Assembly (NCBI GenBank): GCA_963777805.1
Contig: CAVZRY010000012.1
Location: 112,704 to 176,703, forward strand
DNA from: an uncultured Microthrixaceae bacterium
GTDB taxonomy: Bacteria > Actinomycetota > Acidimicrobiia > Acidimicrobiales > DATDAH01
Direction of reading: 5' to 3'
Length of the DNA stretch: 64,000 bases
The notes beneath the pieces are model-generated. The model worked only from the letters and a program-made list of their open reading frames with translations. It made no database searches and was not told the origin of the DNA. The first letter of the stretch is position 1, and the number at the start of each line of letters is the position of its first letter. This document shows positions 55,782 through 64,000 of this stretch, in pieces. A program made the position numbers and the translations under genes.

Positions 55782-56945
55782 TCAGTGCCCCATCCCGACG
55801 CCCTGGGCCTTCTGGAGCCCCTTGCCCTCGGTCTGCAGCGCGGGCGCCACCATGACCTCGGCCTTCTGGAACTCCTTCAGGTTGTTGTAGCCACAGGTGG
55901 CCATCGAGGTGCGCAGGCCGCCGAACAGGTTCATGCGGCCGTCGTTCTCGTGGGCGGGGCCGACGAGGATCTCCTCGAGGGTGCCCCGGATCGTGGTCTG
56001 GACCCGGGCGCCGCGGGGCAGCGTCGGGTGGAAGGTGGCCATGCCCCAGTGGTAGCCCCGGCCGGGGGCCTCCTGGGCGGCGGCGAGCGGCGAGCCGATC
56101 ATGACGGCGTCGGCGCCGCAGACGATGGCCTTGGAGATGTCGCCACCGGTGCCCATGCCGCCGTCGGCGATGACGTGCACGTAGACGCCGGTCTCGTCGA
56201 GGTGGCGCATGCGGGCGGCGCGGGCGTCGGCGATGGCCGTGGCCTGGGGGACGCCGATGCCGAGGACGCCGCGGGTGGTGCAGGCGTGGCCGGGGCCGAC
56301 GCCGACCAGCACGCCGGCGGCGCCGGTGCGCATGAGGTGCAGGGCGGCCTGGTAGCTGGCGCAGCCCCCGACGATCACGGGGATGTCGAGCTCGCGCACG
56401 AACTCCTTGAGGTTCAGCGGCTCGACGGTCTTGGAGACGTGCTCGGCGGACACGACCGTGCCCTGGATGACGAGCATGTCGGCCTCGGCCTCGATGACGT
56501 GGGGGGCGAAGGAGGCGGTGCGCTGCGGGGTGACCGACACGCACGAGGTGACGCCGGCGGCGTTGATCTCCCGGATGCGCTCGCCGATCAGCTCGGGCTT
56601 GATCGGCTCCTGGTAGATGTCCTGCATCCGCCGGGTGGCCTTCTCGGTGTCGAGGTCGCTGATCTCCTCGAGCAGGGTGTCGGGGTCCTCGTAGCGGGTC
56701 CAGAGGCCCTCGAGGTTGAGCACGCCCACGCCGCCCAGACGACCGATCTCGATGGCGGTGGCCGGGCTGACCACCCCGTCCATGGCGGAGGCCATCAGCG
56801 GGAGCTCGAAGCGGTAGGCGTCGATCTCCCAGCTGATGTCGACGTCCTCGGGGTCGCGGGTCCGGCGACTCGGCACGATGGCGATGTCGTCGAATCCGTA
56901 GGCCCGACGGCCCGACTTCCCGAGCCCGATCTCGATCTCTGCCAC
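55782..56945 (-). CDS. guaB3: GuaB3-family IMP dehydrogenase-related protein
   Basis: AYGFDDIAIVPSRRTRDP, LNLEGLWTRY, GVGPGHACTTR, IADGG; no CBS domains. Confidence 0.9.
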   Translation of the reverse strand: MAEIEIGLGKSGRRAYGFDDIAIVPSRRTRDPEDVDISWEIDAYRFELPLMASAMDGVVSPATAIEIGRLGGVGVLNLEGLWTRYEDPDTLLEEISDLDTEKATRRMQDIYQEPIKPELIGERIREINAAGVTSCVSVTPQRTASFAPHVIEAEADMLVIQGTVVSAEHVSKTVEPLNLKEFVRELDIPVIVGGCASYQAALHLMRTGAAGVLVGVGPGHACTTRGVLGIGVPQATAIADARAARMRHLDETGVYVHVIADGGMGTGGDISKAIVCGADAVMIGSPLAAAQEAPGRGYHWGMATFHPTLPRGARVQTTIRGTLEEILVGPAHENDGRMNLFGGLRTSMATCGYNNLKEFQKAEVMVAPALQTEGKGLQKAQGVGMGH

Positions 56946-57032
56946 GTCAGCTCCCCAGCTCTTGGTGGTGGTGGGAAACCTCGGAGTCTAGTGGCGCGGC
57001 CAACCCCGTCCGGTGGATCCCTCTCCCCTACC

Positions 57033-57422
57033 TCAACCCCCCGTGAGCTGGCGGAGGATCTGCTTGGCGAGGGTGGCGTTCATCTGGAAGACGGCCTTCT
57101 GGCCGGTGTCCCGGACGTCCTTGACCAGGGTGCCGCCGGACAGCTCCTCGACCCGGGCCAGGCCGTCGATGAGCCGGTCCCGGGTCACGTCGGTGGCCCG
57201 GTAGCCCATGTCGGTGAGCGACTTCACCATCTCGTTCTCGGCCACGGGACGCGGGGCCGCCGCGGCGATGATGCGCAGCGCGTCCTTGTACAGCCCGGCC
57301 CCGTGCTCGATGGCCTCGGCCGCCGACAGGCGGTCCGGCTCCTCGACGGTGGCCAGCCAGGTCTTCACCTGGTCGACGATGTCGGCGTGGGTCTCGCCCT
57401 CGAAGGTGACCGTGACGGTCAT
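57033..57422 (-). CDS. Hypothetical 129-aa protein translationally coupled to the decarboxylase
   Basis: MTVTVTFEGETHADIVDQVKTWL...; ATGA overlap with the upstream stop. Confidence 0.75.
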   Translation of the reverse strand: MTVTVTFEGETHADIVDQVKTWLATVEEPDRLSAAEAIEHGAGLYKDALRIIAAAAPRPVAENEMVKSLTDMGYRATDVTRDRLIDGLARVEELSGGTLVKDVRDTGQKAVFQMNATLAKQILRQLTGG

Positions 57423-58850
57423 GGGTTCACCGTACCGGCGCCCGCCAGCGCCGTGAGGTGATCCCACAGGGCCCGGACGTGACGCGCCTCGGTGTGGGTC
57501 TGGCCGATCGACACCCGGATGACCAGCCGATCGTCCAGGCGGGTGTGGGTGAGGTACTGCTCCCCCGACGCGTTGACGGCGTCCAGCACGGCCTGGGTGG
57601 CCTCGTCGCCGTCGACGTGGCGCAGGCAGACCAGGCCCAGGCGGGGCGGCGCCGCCAGGACGAACCGCTCGTCGGCCTCGACCCACCCGACCAGCTCCCC
57701 CGCGAGCTCGACGTGGCGGCGGACGTGGTGGGCCAGGCCCTCGGCGCCGTAGTGGCGGATGACGAACCAGAGCTTCAGCGCCCGGAACCGCCGCCCGAGG
57801 GGCACCTGCCAGTCCCGGTAGTCGATGACCGCGCCCGACGAACTGGCCTCGTTGCGGAGGTACTCCGGCAGGATCGAGAGGGCGTCGAGCAGCGCGCTCC
57901 GGTCGGCCACCCAGAAGCACGTGCAGTCGAAGTTGGTGAACAGCCACTTGTGGGGGTTGAAGGCGTAGCTGTCGGCCTGGTCGAGGCCGTCGTTCACCCA
58001 GCGCAGCTCGGGGCAGACCGCGGCCGAACCGGCCATGGCCCCGTCGACGTGGAGCCACACCGCCTCCCCGGCCAACACCTCGGCGACGGCGGCCACGGGG
58101 TCGACCGCCAGCGACGACGTGGTCCCGACCGTGGCGCAGCAGAAGAACGGCACCCGGCCGGCCGCCCGGTCGTCGGCCACCGCCACGGCGAGCGCGTCCG
58201 GGCCGCATCGCGTGCTCGTCGTCGACGTCGACCACTCGGACCTGGTCGGCCCGCAGGCCGGCCACCCGCGCCCCCTTCTCCAGGCTGGAGTGGGTGTGGG
58301 CCGACGCGTACGCAACCAGGTCGCCCAACGCGGCGCCGGCCCGCACGGCCCGCTCCCGGGCCGCCAGCAGCGCACAGAGCGTCGCCGAGGAGGCGCTGTC
58401 CTCGAGGACACCGCCGCCCGCCCCGTCGGAGCGGAAGCGCTCGGGCAGGCCCAGCAGTTCGATCATCCAGTCCAGGACGTGGGTCTCCAGCTCGGTGCAG
58501 GCCGGGCTGGTGGCCCACAGCATCCCCTGCACACCGAGGCCGGCCGAGAGCAGCTCACCGAGGACCGACGGCCCCGACGTGTTCGCCGGGAAGTAGGCGA
58601 ACCAGTTCGGTGACTGCCAGTGGGTGATCCCGGGCAGGATCACCCGGTCGATGTCGGCGAGCACCTCGGCCCACGGCTCCGGCCCCTGAGGCGGGTGCGC
58701 CGGCAGTGCGGCCCGCACCTCGCCGGGAGCCAGGGGCGAGCGGACCGGCTGGTCCTCGACGGTCTCCATGTAGCGGGCGATCCACTCGATGACCTCGGCC
58801 CCCTGCCGCCGGAACTCGTCGGGGGTCAGGTGGAACGACGGCGGGCTCAC
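57419..58850 (-). CDS. Group II PLP-dependent decarboxylase (aromatic L-amino-acid decarboxylase-like), one frameshift
   Basis: PGITHWQSPNWFAYFP, WATSPACTELE, HVDGAMAG, FNPHKW (PLP Lys), DYRDWQVPLGRRFRALKLW. Confidence 0.93.
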
Positions 58851-58887
58851 CCCGTCAGCCTGCCCGGTACGGCCCGGACACGGTGGC

Positions 58888-58904
58888 TCACCCTCCCCGG
58901 GGGA
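58888..58904. promoter_or_regulatory. Inverted-repeat box TCACCC-N5-GGGGGA upstream of the SHOCT-DUF2252 genes
   Basis: One mismatch from the perfect copy at 61964-61980. Confidence 0.5.
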
Positions 58905-58978
58905 GGCGGAATCCCCCCCGAGTGCCTAGGGTCAGGGCACCGGGCGATGGCGCCCGGGCAACGAAAGGATCTCCCCAA

Positions 58979-59375
58979 ATGGTTTTGGGCTACGACTACC
59001 CCCTCGGCGGGGTGTTCATGGACGATGTTCGTCCTGTTCATGTGGATCATCTGGTTCTGGCTGCTGATCAGCGTCTTCGGCGACCTGTTCCGGGACAAGG
59101 AGACCTCCGGCGGCATGAAGGCCGTGTGGTGCATCTTCGTGATCATCGCTCCCTTCCTGGGCGTGTTCGTCTACCTGCTGGCCCGCGGCGGCGGCATGGC
59201 CGAGCGCTCGATGGCCCAGCAGCAGGCGGCGCAGGCCCAGTTCGACTCCTACGTCCGCGAGACCGCCGCCAGCAGTGGCTCGGCCGGCGAGATCGCCCAC
59301 GCCAAGAAGCTGCTCGACGAGGGCACGCTCACCCAGGCCGAGTTCGACGCCCTGAAGGCCAAGGCCCTCAGCTGA
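58979..59375 (+). CDS. PLDc_N + SHOCT-domain small membrane protein
   Basis: WFWLLISVFGDLFRD..KAVW..PFLGVFVYLLARG; EIAHAKKLLDEGTLTQAEFDALKAKAL. Confidence 0.85.
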
Positions 59376-59488
59376 GCTCCCGTACCGCCGCCTCCACCTC
59401 CGGGTGGGGGCGGCGGTGCCAGCCTGCTTTGTCACGGTCCCCTCCGGCCGATGGAGACCTGAACACCGCCCCGAGGAGACCCCCGCTC

Positions 59489-60861
59489 ATGCACACCTCC
59501 GTCGCGGAGCGCCAGGCCGACGGCCGGGCGCGCCGCAAGCTCGTCCCCCGCTCCGTCCCACGCCGAGTGGGCCCCCGGCGAGGACCGCCCGGACCCGGTG
59601 GCGGTCGTCCAGGCGGCCAACGTCGGCCGGCTCCAGGCGCTGGTGCCCATCCGCCACGGCCGCATGGCCACCAGTGCGTTCGCCTTCTACCGGGGAACGG
59701 CCGACATCATGGCGGCCGACCTGGCCACCACGCCCACCAGCGGCCTCCGGGCCCAGATCTGCGGTGACGCCCACCTGGCCAACTTCGGCTTCTACCGCTC
59801 GCCGGACCGACGCCTCGTCTTCGACCTCAACGACTTCGACGAGACCCTGCCCGGCCCGTGGGAGTGGGACATCAAGCGCCTGGCCGCCAGCTTCGCCGTG
59901 TGTGCCCGCCACTCGGGCCTCGGGCTGGCCGCCGCGGGCCGGGCCGCCCGCAAGGCCACCGAGGCCTACCGCATCGCCATGCACGAGTTCGCGGAGGCCC
60001 GCACGTTGGACGTCTGGTACGCCCGCCTCGAAGCCGACGACATCGTCGCCCGCCTGCCCGATTCGATGCGCAAGCAGGGAGAACGCCAGGTCCGGTCCTG
60101 GACCGGACGCGACAGCATCCAGGCGTCCAAGAAGCTGACCGAGGAGGTCGACGGCGAGCGCCGCATCCGCAGCGCCCCCCCGGAGCTGGTCCCCTTGCGT
60201 GACATCGACGACACCGACTTCGACGCCACCCGCGACCAGATGTGGGACGTCGTCGGCGACGCCCTCGACGGCTACCGCCGCTCCCTGCCCCACAACCGCC
60301 AGGTGCTCATCGACCGCTTCGACCGACTCGACGTGGCCCTCAAGGTCGTCGGCGTCGGCAGCGTGGGCACCCGTTGTTGGATCGTGCTCTTCCAGGGCCG
60401 CGACGGCGACGACCCCCTCTTCCTGCAGGTCAAGGAGGCCGGCCGGATCCGTCCTGGAGGACCACCAGCCCCGCTCCCGCTTCCGGCACGCCGGGCGACG
60501 GGTCGTGGAGGGCCAGCAGCTGATGCAGGCCAGCCGCGACATCTTCCTCGGCTGGACCACCGGCGTGGCCGGCCGCCACTTCTATGTGCGCCAGCTGCGG
60601 GACGGCAAGGGCTCGATCGACACCGACCACCTGAGCAGCGCCGGCATCGAGGGCTACGCCGACGTCTGCGGGCACACCCTGGCCCGGGCCCACGCCCGGT
60701 CCGGTGACCCCGTGGCCATCGCCGCCTACCTCGGCTCCGGTGACGCCTTCGACCGGGCCATGGCCCAGTTCGGCGAGGCCTACGCCGAACAGGCCGTCCA
60801 GGACCACGCCCGCTTCCTCGACGCCATCGACGCCGGGAAGCTGTCGGCCACCCTCGGCTGA
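59489..60861 (+). CDS. DUF2252 family (kinase-like) protein (frameshifted)
   Basis: LVPIRHGRM..FYRG, CGDAHLANFG, FDLNDFDE, KVVGVGSVG, LQVKEA, FYVRQLRD, LARAHARSGD. Confidence 0.9.
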
Positions 60862-60871
60862 GGACGGGCCA

Positions 60872-61920
60872 TCAGACCAGTTCGGCGTTGCGGGAATACC
60901 GCAGGCAGAGGTAGCCGGGCACCACGGGGAGCCAGTAGGTGACGAGGCGGAACACGATGACCGCGGCGGCCGCTGTCGCGTTGTCGACGCCGGCGCCGGT
61001 CAGCACGGCGATCAGCGCGGCCTCGACGCCGCCGACGCCGCCCGGGGTCGGCACCGCGGCTCCGATGGAGCTGCCGATCAGGTAGAGCAGGCCCAGGTCG
61101 GCGTACCCGATGGTGATGTCGAAGGCCCGGCAGCTGGCGACGAAGCAGGTGATCGTGAAGAGCTTCGAGAGCCCGGCTCCTCCGAACAGCAGCGCCAGCT
61201 TGTCGGGCCGCGCGGCGAGGCCCGTGAACTCCTCACCCAGGCGGGCCCAGCCGATCTTCACCCACCGGGAGGCGAAGCGCCGGGCGCCCGGGACGAGGAC
61301 CACGAGCCCCAGGAACGCGGCGGCCACCACCAGCGACGACCGCCACGATGGACACGTCGGGGAGCTCGAGCGAGGACCGCCACCGCGACGTTCACCGGCA
61401 CGGCGGCGCCGGTGGCCAGTCGGAGGAAGGCCACGAAGGCGACTCCGCCCCACAGGGCCCGGCGCCAGCGCTCAGGAGCGGGGAGGTCGCCGTCACCACC
61501 GCCGCCATCGCCGTGAGGTAGGCCGAGGAGGGGAAGGCCTGACCGTAGACCACGAATCGACGGCCTGGGCCCGCGCCGTGGAGACCGGGGCGACCCGGTC
61601 GAGCCAGTCGGTCAGCAGGCTCATGGAGACCGACGCGGCAACCAGGGCCGTGAGCGTCACGACGAGGGGACGCCACGATCGGCGAAGGAACGCACAGCGC
61701 GAGGCCGATCAGCGGCAGGACCAGGGCGATCAGTTGCAGGACGCCGGCGATGGCGTCGGCCACCGGGACCGGGAGCCGGTCGACGGCTCGGACGAGGTCG
61801 TCGGACACGTTCGTCAGCGCATCGGGCTCCACCGCGGTCAGAACAGGAGGACCAGGAGGAGCAGGGCGCCGCTCCCAGCAGTCGAGCGAGATCGGCGGGA
61901 TGGCGGCGCCACTCGATCGG
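60872..61920 (-). pseudogene. Lysylphosphatidylglycerol-synthase TM (flippase-like) domain protein, apparently internally deleted
   Basis: C-terminal PTPGGVGGVEAAL..FRLVTYWLP; N-terminal FPSSAYL segment; short and frameshifted; start uncertain. Confidence 0.55.
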
Positions 61921-61963
61921 GGGGGTCCCACTCCATGGCGGGAAACTACTCTCATCGGGAGAT

Positions 61964-61980
61964 TCACCCCGACCGGGTGA
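61964..61980. promoter_or_regulatory. Perfect inverted-repeat box TCACCC-N5-GGGTGA between divergent genes
   Basis: Seen directly in the sequence; second copy at 58888. Confidence 0.6.
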
Positions 61981-62040
61981 CGTGACCGGCGGACCCGTCC
62001 GCGACGCTCGTCCGGTCACCGACGAGGGAAGGTCGTTTCC

Positions 62041-62608
62041 GTGTCCGAGAGCACCGAGATACCGCCGCCGCCCCGGCCGGCCGAGTACGAGGGCGTCGAG
62101 CGGTCGACCGGCACCCTGCTCGTGGTCGTCGGCGCCGCGCTCGTCGTCCTGGGCCTGGTCCTGCTGGCCAACCCCTTCGCCGCCATCTGGATCCTCGGGG
62201 TCCTGATCGGGGTGTCGCTCATCGTCGGCGGCCTGGCCGAGATGGCCTCGTCGAAGGGGGCCCCCGGGCCCCGCTGGCCGTCTCTGCTCATCGGCGCGGT
62301 GGTCATCCTCGCCGGCATCGCCGCCGCGGTGCTGGCCCGACGCCACGGTGTGGGTCCTCGCCGTGGTCGCCGGCCTCGGACTGGCGCTCAGCGGGGCGAT
62401 CACCCTGATCGGCGCCGTCGTCGGCGGGCCCGACGGGCGCGGCCTGCGCCTCGCCCTCGGCGGCGTGAGCCTGGTCATCGGCTTCGCCGTCCTGGCCTGG
62501 CCCGACGCCACGCTCCTCGTGCTCGCCCTCCTCATCGGGCTGCGCACGCTCGTCAACGGGGTCGTGAGCATCGGTATCGGTCTCAACATCCGGAGGTACG
62601 CAGCATGA
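62041..62608 (+). CDS. HdeD/DUF308-family membrane protein (frameshift near 62330)
   Basis: Repeated hydrophobic hairpins with NP/WP.AT motifs. Confidence 0.75.
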
Positions 62609-64000
62609 GCGACGCCGACAGCCCGACCGAGATCGACCCCCCCGGGAAGCCCGCACCGGACGTCGCCGCCCTCCAGGCCGAGGTGGACGAACTGCATCAC
62701 GAGGTCGAGGTCCTCCAGACCCGGAAACACCGCAAGGGCCGCGCCCGCGGTGTGCTCGCCGTCATCGGCGTGGTCCTGTCCTGCGTGCTCCTGCTGGCCG
62801 CCTGCCTCGGCGTGTTCGCCCGCCGGAGCTTCCTCAAGACGGACAACTTCAGCAACCGGGCCGGCGAGCTGATCGACGACCCGGGCGTGCAGGCCGCACT
62901 CAGCGCCTACCTCACCGAACAGCTCAACCAGCTCATCGACCCACAGGCGATCCTCCAGGACGCGCTGCCCGATCGCGCCCAGATCCTCGCCATCCCGCTG
63001 TCGGGGGCGATCGAGGGCTTCATCGGCGATCAGGTCACCACCTTCGTGGCGTCCGACACCTTCGCCCAGCTCTGGAAGACCGCGGTCACCACGGCCCACC
63101 GCGAGGTGGTCCGCGTCCTGGAGGGCGACACGCCGCTGCTGGAGGAGAGCAACGACCACATCGTCATCAACCTCCTCCCGGTGATCAACAGCGTGCTGGC
63201 CCAGATCGGCGAGCAGTCACCCGACATCCTCGGGCGCAGCGTCGACCTGCCCACGATCACCGTGGACGACGTGCCCGACGCGGCCCGCGAGGCCATCGGC
63301 GACGCCCTCGGCGTCACCCTGGACGACAACTTCGGCACCTTCACCGTCTACGACGACGGCGCCCTGAGCTCGGCCCAGGAGGCGGTCGGCCTGGCGGACA
63401 AGCTGGTCTGGGTCCTGGTGGTGCTCGCCCCGCTGGCGATCCTCGCCACCCTCGCCGTCTCCCCCCGTCGCCGGCGGACGCTCCTCCAGCTGACCGTCGG
63501 GATCGCGCTGAGCATGGTGCTCCTGCGTCGGCTCGTCTTCCTGTTCCAGAAGGACCTGCTCGACTACGTGCGCATCGAGCGCAACGTCCCGGCGGTGCAG
63601 GCCACGAGCGAGGCGTTCCTCGACCCGCTGACCAGCGCCGCCCTCTGGGTCGGCATCGGGGCCCTGGTGATCGCCGCGATCGCCCTCGTCACCGGGCCCC
63701 TACCCGTGGGCGGTGCGCCTGCGCCGAGGCGTCGTCGACACCGGAAGGACCGTGGGCACCGCGGTGGTCAACGGGTCGCAGGACCCCGCCACCATCGAGT
63801 GGGTCGGAGCCAACGTCGATCGCCTCCGCATCGGCGGCGCCGTGGTCGGCCTGGTCCTGCTCTGGTGGCTGCGACCTGTCGTGGCTCGGGCTTCTCCTGC
63901 TGGCCCTGCTCGTCGGGGCCTACGAGCTGGTGGTCCACCGACTGGCCGAGCAGGCCACCGAGCCCGAGCCCGAGGCCACGGAGCCGAGGCACCGCCCGCC
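62605..64000 (+). CDS. Hypothetical membrane protein (runs to the window edge; frameshifts near the 3' end)
   Basis: ATGA overlap; TM helix, then LIDDPGVQAAL..FAQLWKTAVTTAH extracytoplasmic region and several C-terminal TMs. Confidence 0.75.
   Translation, partial: MSDADSPTEIDPPGKPAPDVAALQAEVDELHHEVEVLQTRKHRKGRARGVLAVIGVVLSCVLLLAACLGVFARRSFLKTDNFSNRAGELIDDPGVQAALSAYLTEQLNQLIDPQAILQDALPDRAQILAIPLSGAIEGFIGDQVTTFVASDTFAQLWKTAVTTAHREVVRVLEGDTPLLEESNDHIVINLLPVINSVLAQIGEQSPDILGRSVDLPTITVDDVPDAAREAIGDALGVTLDDNFGTFTVYDDGALSSAQEAVGLADKLVWVLVVLAPLAILATLAVSPRRRRTLLQLTVGIALSMVLLRRLVFLFQKDLLDYVRIERNVPAVQATSEAFLDPLTSAALWVGIGALVIAAIALVTGPLPVGGAPAPRRRRHRKDRGHRGGQRVAGPRHHRVGRSQRRSPPHRRRRGRPGPALVAATCRGSGFSCWPCSSGPTSWWSTDWPSRPPSPSPRPRSRGTAR

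Noticed and set aside
54420-57461. Very long antisense ORFs (e.g. 54420-57461, 7061-9130, 37228-39132)
   Set aside because: These are shadow frames of high-GC genes on the opposite strand and contain no recognisable motifs.
57033-58850. 605-aa decarboxylase fusion
   Set aside because: A frameshift near 58200 moves the frame into the downstream gene. The decarboxylase ends at 57419.

Overview
High-GC (about 70%+) actinobacterial chromosome segment; gene content suggests Acidimicrobiia. It is mostly core metabolism: pstS, a LysR/TauE pair, an ars cluster (arsC<->arsR-arsI-acr3, then a thiolase), ppk1-NUDIX-M48, two whiB genes around an ECF sigma/anti-sigma pair, an AAA+/VWA pair, a GH2 hydrolase, sdhAB, fpg/nei, mdh, PBP, ALDH, acetoacetyl-CoA synthetase, icd, purN-purH-folD-metF, sucCD, pcrA, zapE, Rrf2/TauE, guaB3-guaA, a PLP decarboxylase and a SHOCT/DUF2252/HdeD membrane cluster. 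Many genes carry single-base frameshifts that look like long-read errors, so the boundaries of those genes are approximate. I found no tRNA, rRNA, CRISPR array or transposase. The most unusual signal is non-coding: a recurring modular intergenic element with G-rich ~50-bp arms (some matching the G-quadruplex pattern) in inverted orientation around long REP-like hairpins, at about 25.7, 37.0, 42.6 and 50.3 kb, plus free hairpins at 48.4 and 52.0 kb. Several candidate regulatory sites are visible: a PHO box, ArsR operators, ECF promoters, an Rrf2 operator and a shared TCACCC-N5-GGG(T/G)GA box. All protein family assignments come from recognising motifs by eye, not from database searches.
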